This document shows positions 36,101-49,400 of a stretch of DNA of 64,000 bases, in pieces. Position 1 is the stretch's first letter. Every line of letters starts with the position of its first letter. The translations under genes and the position numbers were made by a program. This stretch comes from Takakia lepidozioides (taxonomy: Eukaryota > Plantae > Bryophyta). The stretch lies in contig CM060731.1 of assembly GCA_030704615.1 (NCBI GenBank), positions 19,096,001 to 19,160,000 on the forward strand. The letters run 5' to 3'. The notes under the pieces are model-generated. The model ran no database searches. It was not told the DNA's origin and saw nothing but the letters and a program-made list of their open reading frames with translations.

Positions 36101-39075
36101 GATTAGAATTGATAATGTCCTTGAATGGCGTTGACGACATTCACATCCGGAGTTGTTGAGAGGTCCTCAGAGTTATGTAAATTTTTGTAATGTCCATAGA
36201 GGTTACAGTGAGGGTTCGTCACTTCATATTGCTGAATGTCAATGCAGACATTCAGTTGTTCTGCATTGTTTTTGCCTCTTGCGAGGAATCTGGAGGCTTG
36301 ATAAGCTCTGTTATGAGAAATCCAAAGTGAATGTCGTTGACGACATTCACTTCTGTGTCTGTATTATTCAACAGCGACAATTTGAATTTACATGGATTGG
36401 GAGCTAAGTAATTGGTTCCTTGTTGGTATTTTTGTGAATGGCGTTGACGCCATTCACATACAGTGTTGTTGTGAGGTCCTCAGTGATATGTTCGTTATGA
36501 ATGTGCATTGAGTTTTCCTGGAGGGTTCCTTACTCGAGTTTTATGATTTCCATCCTGTGATTTTGCTTCATTTGAGGAATAATTAGGCTTGATTAGCGAA
36601 TGTCGTTGACGACATTCACTTCTATGTCTGTGTCATTCCAAACGATAGTTTGCATTCACCTAGATTAGGGTGTATTTACAGTATCATTGAATGGAATGTT
36701 TTGAATGGCGTTGACGACATTCACATTTGGAGCATTCGTGTGGTCCTGAAAGGTCCTTGGAGCAGTTCTAAGAGCCATTTCAATCTATGTTTTTTTCATT
36801 CTGTTCTACTTGCATCTTACTCACTGAGCGCTTTTGTGGGTTGGGATTTATCTCCTTTTTTCAGGTACACGAAATATGTGCTTATGGAAGGAAATCACCT
36901 GAGCGGAATTCCAGACTATCTTGACATGTGGTCGGACCCTGCAAACGATCCAACCATGTATACTGCAGGGATATTGAAGGACTGGAGTCCTTCTCACTTC
37001 AGAGACTGTGGGTGGTACCTTGACTGCCCACCGGAGCACACGACCTTTCAAGAACAGCATATGAAATACTTGAACAATAACGCTGAGATGCTGGCGCCTT
37101 TGACTGACGAAGAGTACCAACGAAACGTAGCAACATTGGCTGCCAAGGAGCCTGATGCTCAGGGAACGCTGCAGAAGGGAAAGAAGGCGGGCCGCAAACC
37201 AAAAGACAAGGCTGTTGATGTCATAGCCATCTCACCAGCAAAGCCAAAGGACAAAGACAAGTCCAAAGAGAAGGAAAAGGACAAGCGGAAGGAGAAAGAA
37301 AAGAAGATGGAGAGTGGGTGGGACTTTACTGCTGGAAGATATACCCGCACTGTTCAGTGCGTGTTCGATGCCAAGCCACACCTTTCCCGTTCTGATTCGG
37401 CAGGAGAGATGAAAATTGTTAATGAGGGTTGGCTGTCAATGATGCAGAGTCGAAAGAGAGGATACACTGGGGTGCCATCGCCTACCTGGGACAATGTAAT
37501 CTCATTCCTCAATCTGGTGAGAATTCCAGTTTCTTTCCTTTTCTCTGAAAGTTTCGTTGGCAGTATTTTAGTCTCGTTCTTTGAAAACATTCTTGCTTTC
37601 GTTCTTATAAAAAACATGTCTGTTGCAGGTGAGCACAGGTCCCACCTTCGTGCGCGGTGTGCAGAAAACTTATGCGGCCGACATTGTCATTCTCGACATT
37701 TCGGATGGCCAGGCTGTGCCAGAAGTTCTTCCAAAGGGCAAGACGCCAGGCTGGAACAAATTCGAGGACAACTACGGAGTTGGGTGTTCGGGTTCTGTAA
37801 TAACTTCCTCTCTGATGTAGGGACACTTCTGCTTTTTCAGTCATGTGACAAAGATAGTCGTCGGGCATTGGCATCATACCTCAAGTCTTCAGGGTTTCAA
37901 GTTTTGCGCACATGGAATTGTGTGAACAGCCTCTACCTTGTGAAAGGGGGTTTCCCTGGTCAGCTGGTATGCCGTCTCCCTTCTGCTTGTGCTTTCATGA
38001 TGAGTTTCAATGTTCTCTGCAGCTCCACTCTAGTAGAATCTGTTATGATCGACAACGATCATCACCGATTCGTGATAAAAATGATTTTTTTGTGTCTGAG
38101 TTCTGAATAGCCGATGTACACACTTCCACTATAGATTGTGTTTACCACACTATCCTGCTATCTTTGGCAGACGAGGATGTTCGAGGCGATCTGCCTGCGG
38201 AGGATTCGCACCTCAAAGACACCATCCTCCATCCACAGCTTTGAGATTTCTGACCAGGGTTGTTTCGTCAACCCCCCCTATGAGCCCCATGTCGATGACA
38301 TTTTGTACAACTTCATGCAGTCCAGTGAGACTCTGAAGAGACCAGATGGCACTCCCTGGAGAGGTGCAAAGGAAAAGTCCCCAGCGTTCATGCAAATACT
38401 GCTGGAGTCATGCAGCCACCGCTATGCACGGGTGGTCGATCTTTCTGTGTCCACAGGTTCGTTCTTTCCCTTCCGAATTGGTTTTCTTTCAACAGTTTCA
38501 TCTGCTTAAATCCCCCCCACCAAACTGTTCATGTCCTCCTGTGTGGTGCAGGAGCAACTTACCATGCATGCAAGGCAGGCGGAAGAAGCCTTTTTGGCAT
38601 GGAGGGTGATTCTGACCTCTACAACACAGTGCTCCTCCCCCTTTTGTCTGGCTCCACTTCAGGCACACAGACTAATCGGATTGAAATTCGAAATGATGAC
38701 GATCCCGAAGATAAGCAGGTCGACAACGACTTTTCATGTGAGTAAGTGCTAAACCCTCTTTGGGAGCCATACTCAATTTCTCAATAACATCAAAGTTACA
38801 GTAATAACTTTTTCAGGCTGTCTTTCAGGAAAGGCAGCGGTGGATCTTCAGGAGATACAGTCATTTCTGGCGAGTCTGTTTTCGACAGCCCCCTTTCCAA
38901 TTTTCTGCTTCTTGTTTATGCCGAAGCAATGGCACTTCACGCGGCCGAGTCCCTATCCCCTGACTTTTTAGTGGCCAGCCGTAGGTGTATCCAGCGTGGA
39001 TCCGGTGTTCTAAAATACATAGACTTAGATGCAGAGGAAGCGGGGATACATTGTACTGACTCTGAGTCAGACTGA
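33150..39075 (+). pseudogene. Element A cargo: spliced ParB/Srx-like domain + beta-class amino-DNA-methyltransferase-like protein (frameshifted)
   Basis: IPLCRMI...FYVWDGNHRLLAW (DGNHR at 34655), DIVILDISDG (~37680-37710), EKSPAFMQILLESCS...VVDLSVSTG|ATYHAC..GRSLFGME (38370-38605). GT-AG introns. Frameshifts near 34425 and 37770. Confidence 0.75.
36000..36724. repeat. Six intronic copies of the 24-bp palindrome GTGAATGKCGTTGACGMCATTCAC
   Basis: Copies at ~36000, 36121, 36327, 36434, 36596 and 36701. Degenerate copies at ~33700, 33914 and 34115. Confidence 0.9.
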
Positions 39076-40910
39076 ACTATATTCTTTTAATATTCATTTT
39101 CATACTATCTGGAAAACGTTGAATCCCCTTCCTCCACCGTAGTTGTTCCTTTAGAACAAATAATAATCACAGAATCAACTTTAATTTAAATTGCAATATG
39201 TATGAATCCATCTCACAAACCTTCCTGGCTCTTCTCATATCCATTGTGCATTCATCTACAGTGTATTCATGCGTGCTCCATTCATGAATTTTTTCCTTTG
39301 TTCAACATCCATTGTACATTCATCCTCTGTACTCTTTAATCCACCCCACAAACCTTCCACACTCATTTCATATACGTTGTGCATTCGTCAAAAGTTTTGG
39401 TCATGCATCTTCCTGTCATGAATTTTTGTCATTGCTCAACATCCATTATACATTCATCCATTTTACTCTTATCCATCCCTCATTCATCCATCTACATTCA
39501 TTTTTCACACTCATCCATCTGTTTATCATCCAATTGTACATTCATCCATCCTTTATTCAATGCCTTTTATTATGTCGTCCAGCTTGTTTCCGCGGTAAAG
39601 GGTGCCAATCCGCGGGAATAAACTCCACTTCTTTCTGGGCGCGTGGTGACGCGGCCTTCACGTGTGATGACGTGGAGTGAGCCCCATGACGTGGCATTTG
39701 CGCAAGGTGACGTGGCGTGAGCGCAGTTGCGCTCACGTGACCAGGCTCACGCCGAGGCATCCCTGGGGAGCGTAAAGCTCCGCCGGGGGGGGGGGGTTAT
39801 AGGGGAGCAGCGAAACAGGGTCGCGGAAGCTCCAGGGATCGGGGAGCGCCGCGGGGGAGCAAAACAGGGGAACATACATACAAGGGAGCGGGGAGTGGCA
39901 CGGGAGGGGGGGCCAAACAGGGGAGCAGCGAAACAGGGGAGCGGAGTCACACTAGAAGGAAAACGCGGAATAACCACTCATTTTGAGTGGTAAAAGACAC
40001 TAAACCACTCTGGCCCCAAAGTGATGAAGAACCAGTGGATTAAGACAAGTGAGTGGTAAAAGACATTACGTGGCACCAGTGGTTAAGGAGAGGTTTACTA
40101 TTTCATGAGCAGAAACCATGAGCCATGAGCCATGAGCCGCATGAGCCGCATGAGCGGTGAGCCGAAGTCTAAGACACGCGGATTTCATGAGCGGACTCCT
40201 CCAAATTTGGAAATTCGGCAGATTAAACAAGTATTAAAATAATAGTTTTTTATTTGACCTTGCCGTTTTTGGAAGTTACGGATCCTGTAATGCGGCGAAG
40301 ATATGTCGTCAGTAACAACTCCGCTCATGGTTTTTTAGATCCGCTCATGGAAATGAGTGACCGTGCAACGAGAAATCCAATATACCACGGCAAAAGGACG
40401 TCGCATACTGGCCTGTATAGAGTATTCCGCGGTTTTACATGCCTTAACATTGGAATGAAGCTGACCCTTTTGCCGCGACTGAACCAATAGAGTCTGCACA
40501 ATTCTGTCATCTTCCAGTATTCGGCGGGAAAGTTTTGCAAGTGAACTAGGAACGCATTAGGGTTCGCACGTGCGAAATTTCTGGGCAGTTTGGTGTTGGT
40601 GAATGCCGCATCTACCAGTACCTATGACGTTACTTGGAAATGCGGCGCCGCATTTCCTTGCCGGGGGTCGAATGAGGAAAGCAAAGTTTGGGAGAGCAGA
40701 AAAAAAGGAACCCTCCAACACACAAAAATACATGCATGTGGAAACACGAGTGAATGACATAGTATTATCGACGTTCGAGCAAAACATGTTACTGGTAGGC
40801 AAGACATAAGTCGGACCTTTCTGTGGCCAGAGTCAGAGCTACTTGCAACAGTACAGTTCTACTATCCGAAAAGGATGGGCGTACCATTGTGTTGGGACCG
40901 CAAGCCAAGG

Positions 40911-43900
40911 TCACTGGTCCCCTGGATCCATATTCAGAAGAGTGTGCACCTCTTGGGGGCTCAACCCTGGTGCATGTATGAAGTGATGAGTTGTGGAATT
41001 ACACCGGAGTCTCTTTAGGTACACGTAGTACAGATGCTTGCAAGGGCAGTATGATGCCCCCTTGTTCACCATGATCTGAAAGTCGGTGCAATTGCAGGTG
41101 GGTAATTCTGAAATGGTGATGGTGTACACGTCATTGCGAACAGCTGAGCCTGCCGTAACCATCTGATACACACGCCCAAAGCCTGGTGGGGGCACTTCTG
41201 TCGAGCTCTGGATTGTACAGTTCATCCGAAGTGCATTCCCCATCCTTGTCTCGTTCACTTTTGAGGGAGGTCGCCGCCTCTTCGGTTTCCCCAACGGTGT
41301 GTAGGATGCTTAGAGCTGTCGGGTCCCATTGTTCTTGCTCTCACAGGGGTCGGTGGTGGAGGCTGTGGAAGCGGAAATGGTTGTCTGGGAACGTCAGTGC
41401 ACTGCACCATCCGAAATCCTGCGGCGGTAAGGGCGTCGGCCTCAAACTGACTCAGATCGCAGCCTGGTTCCACCGGCCACACCGGGGGAGCCTCTGGCAT
41501 TGTTTGTATGCCGTACTTGGGCTTTCCATACACGCAAGTCATAATGTCGTGCCTGCAGAACCAGAACTGGGTGGTTGTCGCCTCCGCAAACTTTGCATGG
41601 ACAAATCTTCCTGTAAAAGTAGGAGCAGGGACAGCACCATCTGGATTCCTCCTTATCATCTCTAAACAACGTTGTCGTGTATCCACTTGAATTGCGGAAC
41701 ACCTGCCTCGAAACGACGGCTTTGTGCGAGCAATTCTCCACTGTGACGCAGACACAGTCGTCTCCACAATGGCTTGGCCATACTGCATAACAGGGGGCGG
41801 AATCTAGGGCAAGCGAGCAGTGGGAATTTCTCGCACGGAATCCCCGCTTGAAGGCGATGGCGATCTGGAATTTCTTGGGCTTCCACTGCTGGAAGACACA
41901 TTGTGCGGCAACATGACGGGCCCTCGAGGTGCTGTCCGAATGTTCCTGTCGGATCTCCAGGAATCCTCTTCGCACCCGGGTTCCTCTTCAATCCTCCGCC
42001 TCACAGGGCGAGTACGGACGTCCCCCTCTAGGTGCTCACCTCTCCGGTGCAGAGGCGTCCTTTGATCTTCTCTCGCAATGCTGTCGCCCATTTCAGTGGA
42101 TTCTTCGACCTCGAAGTTGTTCGCACCAACAATTCCTCCCTGTCCGGCCCAAAGCCCCATTGTTTCCCGCTCAGGAACTTGTAGTACGTGGCTTGCTGCA
42201 TGATTGCTCTGTCGATGTCCTCCGTTGTGGCCGTCACTACGTCCACCAGATGTGCGGCAGAAGACGCTCGCCAGGAGGAGTGCACTGATTCTGCCATATT
42301 CGTGTTCGGCATGTCCGTGTCGGAATCCAAGCACCGCTCCTACAAGGACACAAACAATGGTGAGGAACCAATGGAAAGGTCCGTAATAGAAAGACAATTG
42401 CACGAAAATGACAGCATCGTACCTCCCGCATGTACTGTCCGAATTGTCGATACCGGAAATGCCACCACCCCAACCAGTTGTGCAAGACTCCCAGATTGGT
42501 TGTTTCCACTGCACCTGACGTGTTCCACCAAGCCTCGATGATAGCAAACTTAACCTCCGCGTCATCAAATGTGGGTGCATCCTTCCACGCCGTACAAAGG
42601 ACACGGTGTTCAGCCTGGAATGAGCTAGCAACAAATTTGGTAGTGTAGTGGGATAGACTCTGCATCCAATGGAATCCACAGGATCTCTCTTTCCCCTCCA
42701 TTGGCACATTGGGGTCCTCACCGTACACACGCCGCACCGCTGCCCAGTTGGCCTGAGCGTTGTCTGCCATGAATCCCCTGAAATTGGGCTCTGGCAATCC
42801 CGCCCTTGCCATCTGCTTGTTTATGCCCTCCCACAGATGCATCTCCGACTGTGTGTCCTCCCCTTTCATCTCGCAGATTGCAATCGTCATGAGCCTCTTA
42901 GAGTGATAGTCATAAACATGCGCACCCATAGTCACCCACTGATGGTTTGTAATTCGCTTGATGTGATCAAACATCACCCAAGCATTCGACAGGTTTCCAG
43001 TTGTCATGTGAGTGACCAAGTCGACTCCACTCCCAGGCCCACACGTCGACATTTTAAAAATGTAACAACGATCGGATTCGCTGCCTTGCCCTGGAAACCT
43101 GCTACCTTGGATGTAGTCATATCTAGTCATTCGTTTCACCTCCAGGATTGAGTGCATGTCCGACCCCCGGCCGAACTCCTGCTTGCAAGATACGATGTGA
43201 TTCCGCACATTTGGACTACAAACGTGCGAGACCGACTCCAACAGGTCAAGCATCTCCTCTTCGTTCAAGGGCACTCGGTCTGAACCATCTTCAGACATGA
43301 TTTTGCCAAGAGCAATCTTGTGGGCTGCCTTCAGCTGAATCTGCTTTGGTTTGGCTCCGGGGCTCAATTTCACCTCCTCTTTTATGATGTCGTGTGCTTC
43401 CTGCACAGCCTCACGCATGTTGCCTCTCGCCAAGGGGTGGCAGTGGACCCCAACGTGTATGCAAGCTCTAGTCAAGTCCGGGAGCAAATGGATAACGTAA
43501 TATTACTTGGCTCTGCACTTGGACATGCACGTCGGTGGTTTTTTGCAATGTGCGCACTTGAAAGTACCCGCAGGAGCTTGGCTGGAGACAATGAATGGAT
43601 GATGCGCTGTGCCAGTCCAATCCGTCTCGTTTCTCCGCCCTCCTTTGGAAAGAAAGTGGAAGTAGGCGGGATTCAGGCACCTCAGCTTCCCCGCACAGAG
43701 GACGTATCGTACACGAACACCATCAGCAATTTTCGTACTACTGGTCTTCGTCACACACCAGGGGTGTCCGTCATGCTTTCGATCCATGTCTGTTAACATC
43801 CCTGAGGCTTTGTTTGAGGAAGTGACAGGTGGAAACTTGAAGATGACATTGCCATCGACTTTGGGAGGTAGATATGTTACCTTCCTGACCGGAAATTTGG

Positions 43901-44720
43901 CATAGTCAAGAGCAGCCAGCTCGGAGCGAGAACCATCGAGGTGATGTTGCCGTAGGAGCTGCACAATGGACCGGGTTGGAGTTATGCTCGAGAGTACATG
44001 CGTAGCACCTACAGAGACGTCCATGTCGGATTTGAACGACCGTGCGGAGGACATGGGGACCTCAATGCACTCATCTTCATCGTCGGAAATGTCGAATACG
44101 TCCACACGAGAAGCTATGGAGGGTCTTGACGGTCCAGGTCGGGAATGATTATCGTTGCATACCTCTCTGTTGGCAGTGGCCACCTGTCGGTTTCCGGACT
44201 CCATTGTGGATGGTGTGGGCAGCGACTGATTCGGAAAGGGAATGGGCATTCCCACAGCTCGGTACAGGATGGTGTCTGATGGGGGTACGTGCCATTCGAT
44301 TCCGCAACCTCCGTCGTTACCTAGCACGACAATGGTCTCGTCAACCTGTCCAGGAACATCTTTCCTTTCTTCTTCCAAATGAACTGTGCCCGGTTTGAGC
44401 TTGAATTTAGAACAAATGTAAGTTTCGGTCACTCTGCAAAGTCCTCCCTTGTTTGGGATCCAGGCTCTCCCAAGTTGCGGAGGACAGCAAACTATAGCGT
44501 AGGAATTCGGAGCCATCAAACACCGCACGAAGTTGGCAAGCGCGAGGTTCAGTATAGCGACAGACGAAGGCTCACAGGCACCATGCGGAGTCCATCGACG
44601 ATTGGAAGTCGCACATTGAAGTGGAAAGTATAGTTTCAAGCTACATGCATGAAGGTGGGAGGTGTGATTCCATAGCCAGTAAGTTAGACAATGATGGCCG
44701 AATCGGCGACGAAATAACAT
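40911..44720 (-). pseudogene. Element B transposase (GCM-like, MULE DDE, SWIM) with several disruptions
   Basis: GHPW...CAGKLRC...CAHC...C...GVHCHP; MFDHIKRI (D1), GFMADNAQAN (D2), CGFHW, TNMAESVH (E); SWIM CNCTDF...CKHLY. Homologous to the element A transposase. Stop at ~43503 and frameshifts downstream. Confidence 0.88.
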
Positions 44721-44898
44721 CTCCTGACAGTTTCTCCTGAGGGTGGATCCAGCAGTATTCTCGGTACAGACAGGAGCGTTCGCACTGACAAGTGCCAGGA
44801 CTGTTAGTTAAAACGGTCAGACAACCTAGTTGTGCTCATCAAGACTGGCCGCAATTCTGTTGTTTCGGAACAATGCAACCCATTCAGGTTCAGCATGC

Positions 44899-46053
44899 GG
44901 AAATGAGGTTTCAGATTTCCGTCCGGAGTGATTCTTTCAATTGCTGCTGCACGGAAATACGGCGCCGTATTTCCGTATTGCATCTTGGTCATGCACCAGA
45001 GCGACGGAAATGCGGCACCGAGTTTCCGTCCGGGAGACACCTATACACTCTCCAGAACGGAAATGCGGTAACGCATTTCCATCCAGCAAGCACGGTATGT
45101 GAAGGTGGAACGGAAATGCGGTACCGCATTTCTGTTCTGATTGAGAATCATGAACAAAGGGAACAGAAATGCGGCACCGCATTTCCGTCCGAGTCGCACT
45201 TTCCGACATTCCAGAATGGAAATGCGGCACCGCATTTCAGCCCGGGTGAGACCTTAACACTCTCCAGAACGGAAATGCGGTAATGCATTTCCATCCAGCA
45301 AGCACGGTATGTGAAGGTGGAACGGAAATGCGGTACCGCATTTCCGTTCTGATTGAGAATCATGAACAAAGGGAACAGAAATGCGGCACCGCATTTCCGT
45401 CCGAGTCGCACTTTCCGACATTCCAGAACGGAAATGCGGCACCGCATTTCCGCCCGGGTGAGACCTTCATACTCTCCAGAACGGAAATGCGGTACCGCAT
45501 TTCCGTTCTTATGAAAAATCGTGAAACATCGGAACTGAAATGCGGTACAACAATTCCGTCGGAGTCGCACCTTCCGACATTCCAAAACGGAAATGCGGCG
45601 CCGCATTTCCTTTTTGTATGTGAGGCATAGAGCTTTGGAACGAAAATGCGGCACCGCATTTCCGCCAGGGTCAGACCTTAATACTGTACAGAACGGAAAT
45701 GCGGTACCGCATTTCCTTTCAGATTGAAAATCATGAACCACGGGAACTGAATTGTTGTGCCGCATTTCCGTCCGAATCGCACGTTTCGACATTCCTGAAC
45801 GGAAATGCGGCGCCGCATTTCCCTTTTGTATCTCATACATTGAGCTGTGGGACGGAAATGCGGCACCGTATTTCCGTTCAACAACTAAGGTATGTGAAGG
45901 TGGAACGGAAATGCGGTGCCGCATTTTCTTCCAACAAGCACGGATGTGTAGCTTCGTGATGGTACTTAACGGAAATGCGGCGCCGCATTCGCATTTTCAC
46001 TCCAACTCCAAATTTGAACACGTGGAGCATCGGAATTGCGGCACGTGTCTGCA
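44899..46053. repeat. Phased array of the 22-bp palindrome GGAAATGCGGYRCCGCATTTCC with 31-bp spacers (53-bp period)
   Basis: Repeat starts at 44953, 45006, 45059, 45112, 45165, 45218, 45271, 45324, 45377, 45430, 45483, 45536, 45589, 45642, 45695, 45748, 45801, 45854 and 45907. Flanking copies at 44899, 45971 and ~46032. Confidence 0.95.
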
Positions 46054-46402
46054 CTCTATCTGACTGAAGTGGCATGAGGCGGCGCGGCCTGACCGTTGGA
46101 TAATGATGTTTGTTTTTTGGACGGCAGGCGTATTCTGAACGATTCGAATTTCGTAATGACGCAAAGTCCACGAGGAGACACTTTCCTCCAACCCTTTCGA
46201 ACCCAAGTGCTGCATCACCGCCGTTTCATCTGCTTTTGTCGTGTCTCCTCAGTCACCCCTCTCGCGCCCTTTCCATCTACACTCTTCACCCCTTTTCCCT
46301 GTCTCTGTTCTTCTTATGCTTGAACCTGAGAGGGAGGGAGTGCGTGCACCAGAGAAGAGACATCGTCGCAAGCTCCAAAAATTGTACTTCGGACGTAGGC
46401 CA

Positions 46403-49400
46403 ATGCCGAAGGGGAGGAAGCAGATGCGTCTACAGGAGGAGATTGCCATCTCGCAGCATCAGGCCACGCAGGCAACCCAGCCACCAGTGAGAGCTCCGTG
46501 CTATCGGGATTCGCCAGCTGATCGAGCACCGAAACCCGCCTCATTTTTCTTCTGCAATTCTTAGACTGTATGCTAGGAGACTTGACTGCAGAAGATGTTT
46601 GCATGCCTAACCGGAAAGGTGGACGTGCTAGAGGGATCGCAGGAATCCAAAGAGCCGCAGGCAGAGTCCGTGGAGCTAGCTGCAGCACGCACACCCAGCC
46701 GATCCGCGAGCACGGGTCTTCCTGCCGGTCCTAGCCCTGTGCGTTTCAAGGACGCGGCTTCCAAGGGCAAGTCCTTGCAGTTCAAAGCCCCAGAGAGCGA
46801 CTCGCCTTCAAAGGTCATGGAGAATCGCTAGCAGGGGTCTAGCCCTTCTCCAGCAAAGACGAAGAAGAAGCAGCCCGTCCTTCAACTTGTTTCTGAACCG
46901 GACCAGGCCGTTTCCCCCCCCCCAGGCGAATGAAGCAGATTCAATTGCAGCAGACACCTTCACCTGCAAGAATGAGGAAGCACAAGGCAATCAGGGGGAG
47001 GGCGGAGCAGTCTCCAAAACCGATTCCACGAGTTGAAGCCCAGTTCCTGCTTGATTTCCAACCTGCTGCAGCGAAGCCAATGGGATCAACCGGAGATCTG
47101 GTACTGGAGGAGGGTGCTGCCTCTCAACGTTCTCAACAAGACCTGACCACAGTTGAGGAAGACCTGACCACTGAAGGCCCGGAGGAGGCCTCTGCAATTG
47201 CACAATTGTCCGCAAAGATTCCCCAGAGTGCAGCTCCAGTTGGGGATGCTCAAGCTGCTCAGCCCCTGCCGCCACCAGCAGAAATGTCTCCGGAGGAATT
47301 CCAAAGTGCAGCGGATACAATGTTGGAGGAGACACATAGTAGCATTGGCAGAGTTCTGGGCAGCAGGGTATTCCAGCGGACTCTTCGAATCCCACTCTGT
47401 CGCATGGTCTCCCTTCCCATCGTCAGGCAGGCACTTCCCGGAGATGTGGATAAGCTCAAGTTCGCATTTCGAGAAGGGTACCGTCTAGGTTCGCCAGCCT
47501 TCTACGTTTCCCTTGAGAATGAGGACGGCGAATCTCGTGGACCCACTGCGGAGGAATTGTCAACATGGGATACCCACTGGCACACTCGCAACGACGAATT
47601 CGAGGCAACACTGAAGGGTGATCCCGACTTCGGCCATATGTCGGGTAAAATGTTCTTTGTGTGGGACGGGAATCACCGACTTCTCGCCTGGTGGGAGTAC
47701 ATCAAGCAGAACCATGCCAAGCACATTGGCTGGCATTACATGGTGGAGTGTGTCATCCTCAAGGTGAAGGCGGCAGACTCCTCCCTGCTCAAGAATGCCA
47801 TGGCGGACCTCAACTCGTAAGATACTCATACCCTCCCATGCACGTTCGAAATGCGGTGCCGCATTTCGGTTTCCAATCTGTTTTGTTTCCGTGCTTTCGT
47901 GGACTAAACTGAAGAGTGTGCCTTGCAGGGTCACTGAAAATGCGTACGTGCATACCCACATGGCACATATGCTGTACAGGGTGAGGAAAACTGGTCTCAC
48001 TGATCCGCACATGTTCGCGGAAATGTTGGAGCCCGAGCTCATTCAGAAAGCCGTGGCAAAAACTGACCGGACATGGTATCGTCTCACTATGGATGGAATG
48101 GTGGAGGTCATATACGAAGTAAGTCGTCCTCCCATTTCCCTCTGCTCATCCTTCCTCAATTTCCGGTAATCTTTCCACATGAATTGAATGTAACGCTTCT
48201 GCATGTTTTTGTTGGCAGTCAAACATCAAGCTGGATTTGGCCCATGCCAAACGCTTCTTCATGGAAAGTGAGGGGCAGGTCAAAACGTTGCAGTCATTGA
48301 CTGAGCACTTGAAGGAAGCCGGGGTCAAGTCCAGAACGAAATACAAGTCAAAGCTTGTGAAGCTGGTGGCCATTGCAGATCCAGCACTTGAAAAGGACTT
48401 CATCCCCGAGATTGCAAAACACTATTCTCGGGCCATGCAGCCGACCATGCAGTTGGAGAAACTGCATCACCTCTCAACGGCATGTGTTGAAGCGAAAGAG
48501 AAGGTGATGTTTCAATTCACTGAAGTTCCTTCCTAGCAATAGCCACTCTTCTTCCTGCTCCTGACATTGGATCGGAAATGGCAGACACGGTGGCTGTCGA
48601 TCTGGAATGCATCGGAGAGTATAAGGACAATGTGGTCTTTTCCACTCGAAGTTTCCGACCCTGCAGTGGATGTGTGGCTCAACCGCATGACTTGGTGGTT
48701 CTAGGTAATTCAAGGTACTTCCCTAGATTTGCTTTTCTGAAATGAATTCCCTGAACTGCTACGTGACAATGCATGTGGGAATCGCAGGTAATGACGAATG
48801 CGAAGGAGCAAGTTGTTATGCATACAAATTTGTTCGGCTTGTACGTCAAATGGGATGGAACACAGACATTGGAAGACTACGTGACACATTTCAGATGTGC
48901 TTACAAGGACAACCTCTTCGCCAGGGAGCTGCAGACAGCAAGAAGGAGCGTGGAGTTTACACATCAGGAGGGAGCGGGAAAAGCTGCAATGCGAATTGTT
49001 TACAGGTGAAGCCCAGCTGTCCTTGTATGCAAAGCCTGGTAATGAGGTTTGTCTGGGAAATGCGGCACCGCATTCGCATTTTATGTTTTCGGTTGCACTC
49101 TGCGAGTACGTTGGTCTCAACTTTTGCTCACGCATGCTGACTGCCCTGCAGGTATATGAAAAACGTGCTTCTTCAGACAGGGGCCCTGGCTCAAGAGCCC
49201 CCGTTCTTCATGGCTTGGACCGTGGCGGGCCCAAGCTGTGTCTACACACCCGAGATGCAGAAACAATGGCATGCCGCGTATCTGGTTGGATGCCCGTGGT
49301 ACCTGGACATGTCTGGCGGAATTGTTGACGAGTCTGAGAAAGATCTGCACGCAAAAGCAGAAGAGAAGAGAAAGGAAAGACGTGTCCCTGCTCGGCCAGA

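Larger units (their letters stand above)
28063..39765. mobile_element. Element A: 11.7 kb Mutator-like DNA transposon carrying a ParB-methyltransferase gene
   Basis: 9-bp TSD GGGAGCGTA (28054-28062; 39766-39774). Imperfect 21-bp TIR CAACGACGCAATGGCGTGAGC / CAGGGATGCCTCGGCGTGAGC (15/21) and subterminal CGTGAGC/TGACGTGG repeats. The flanking repeat reads through once the element is removed. Confidence 0.85.
17140..39949 (-). mobile_element. Element C: large GC-rich Mutator-like/SWIM element hosting nested insertions; ends not resolved
   Basis: DDE-SWIM transposase at 20827-27190 embedded in GGGGAGC/GCTCCCC repeat tracts, which continue across element A (28062 joins 39775) and stop at 39949. 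Confidence 0.6.

Noticed and set aside
44899-46053. True CRISPR array
   Set aside because: Spacers recur in duplicated blocks instead of being unique, there are no cas genes, the repeat also occurs singly in introns, and the context is a eukaryotic transposon.
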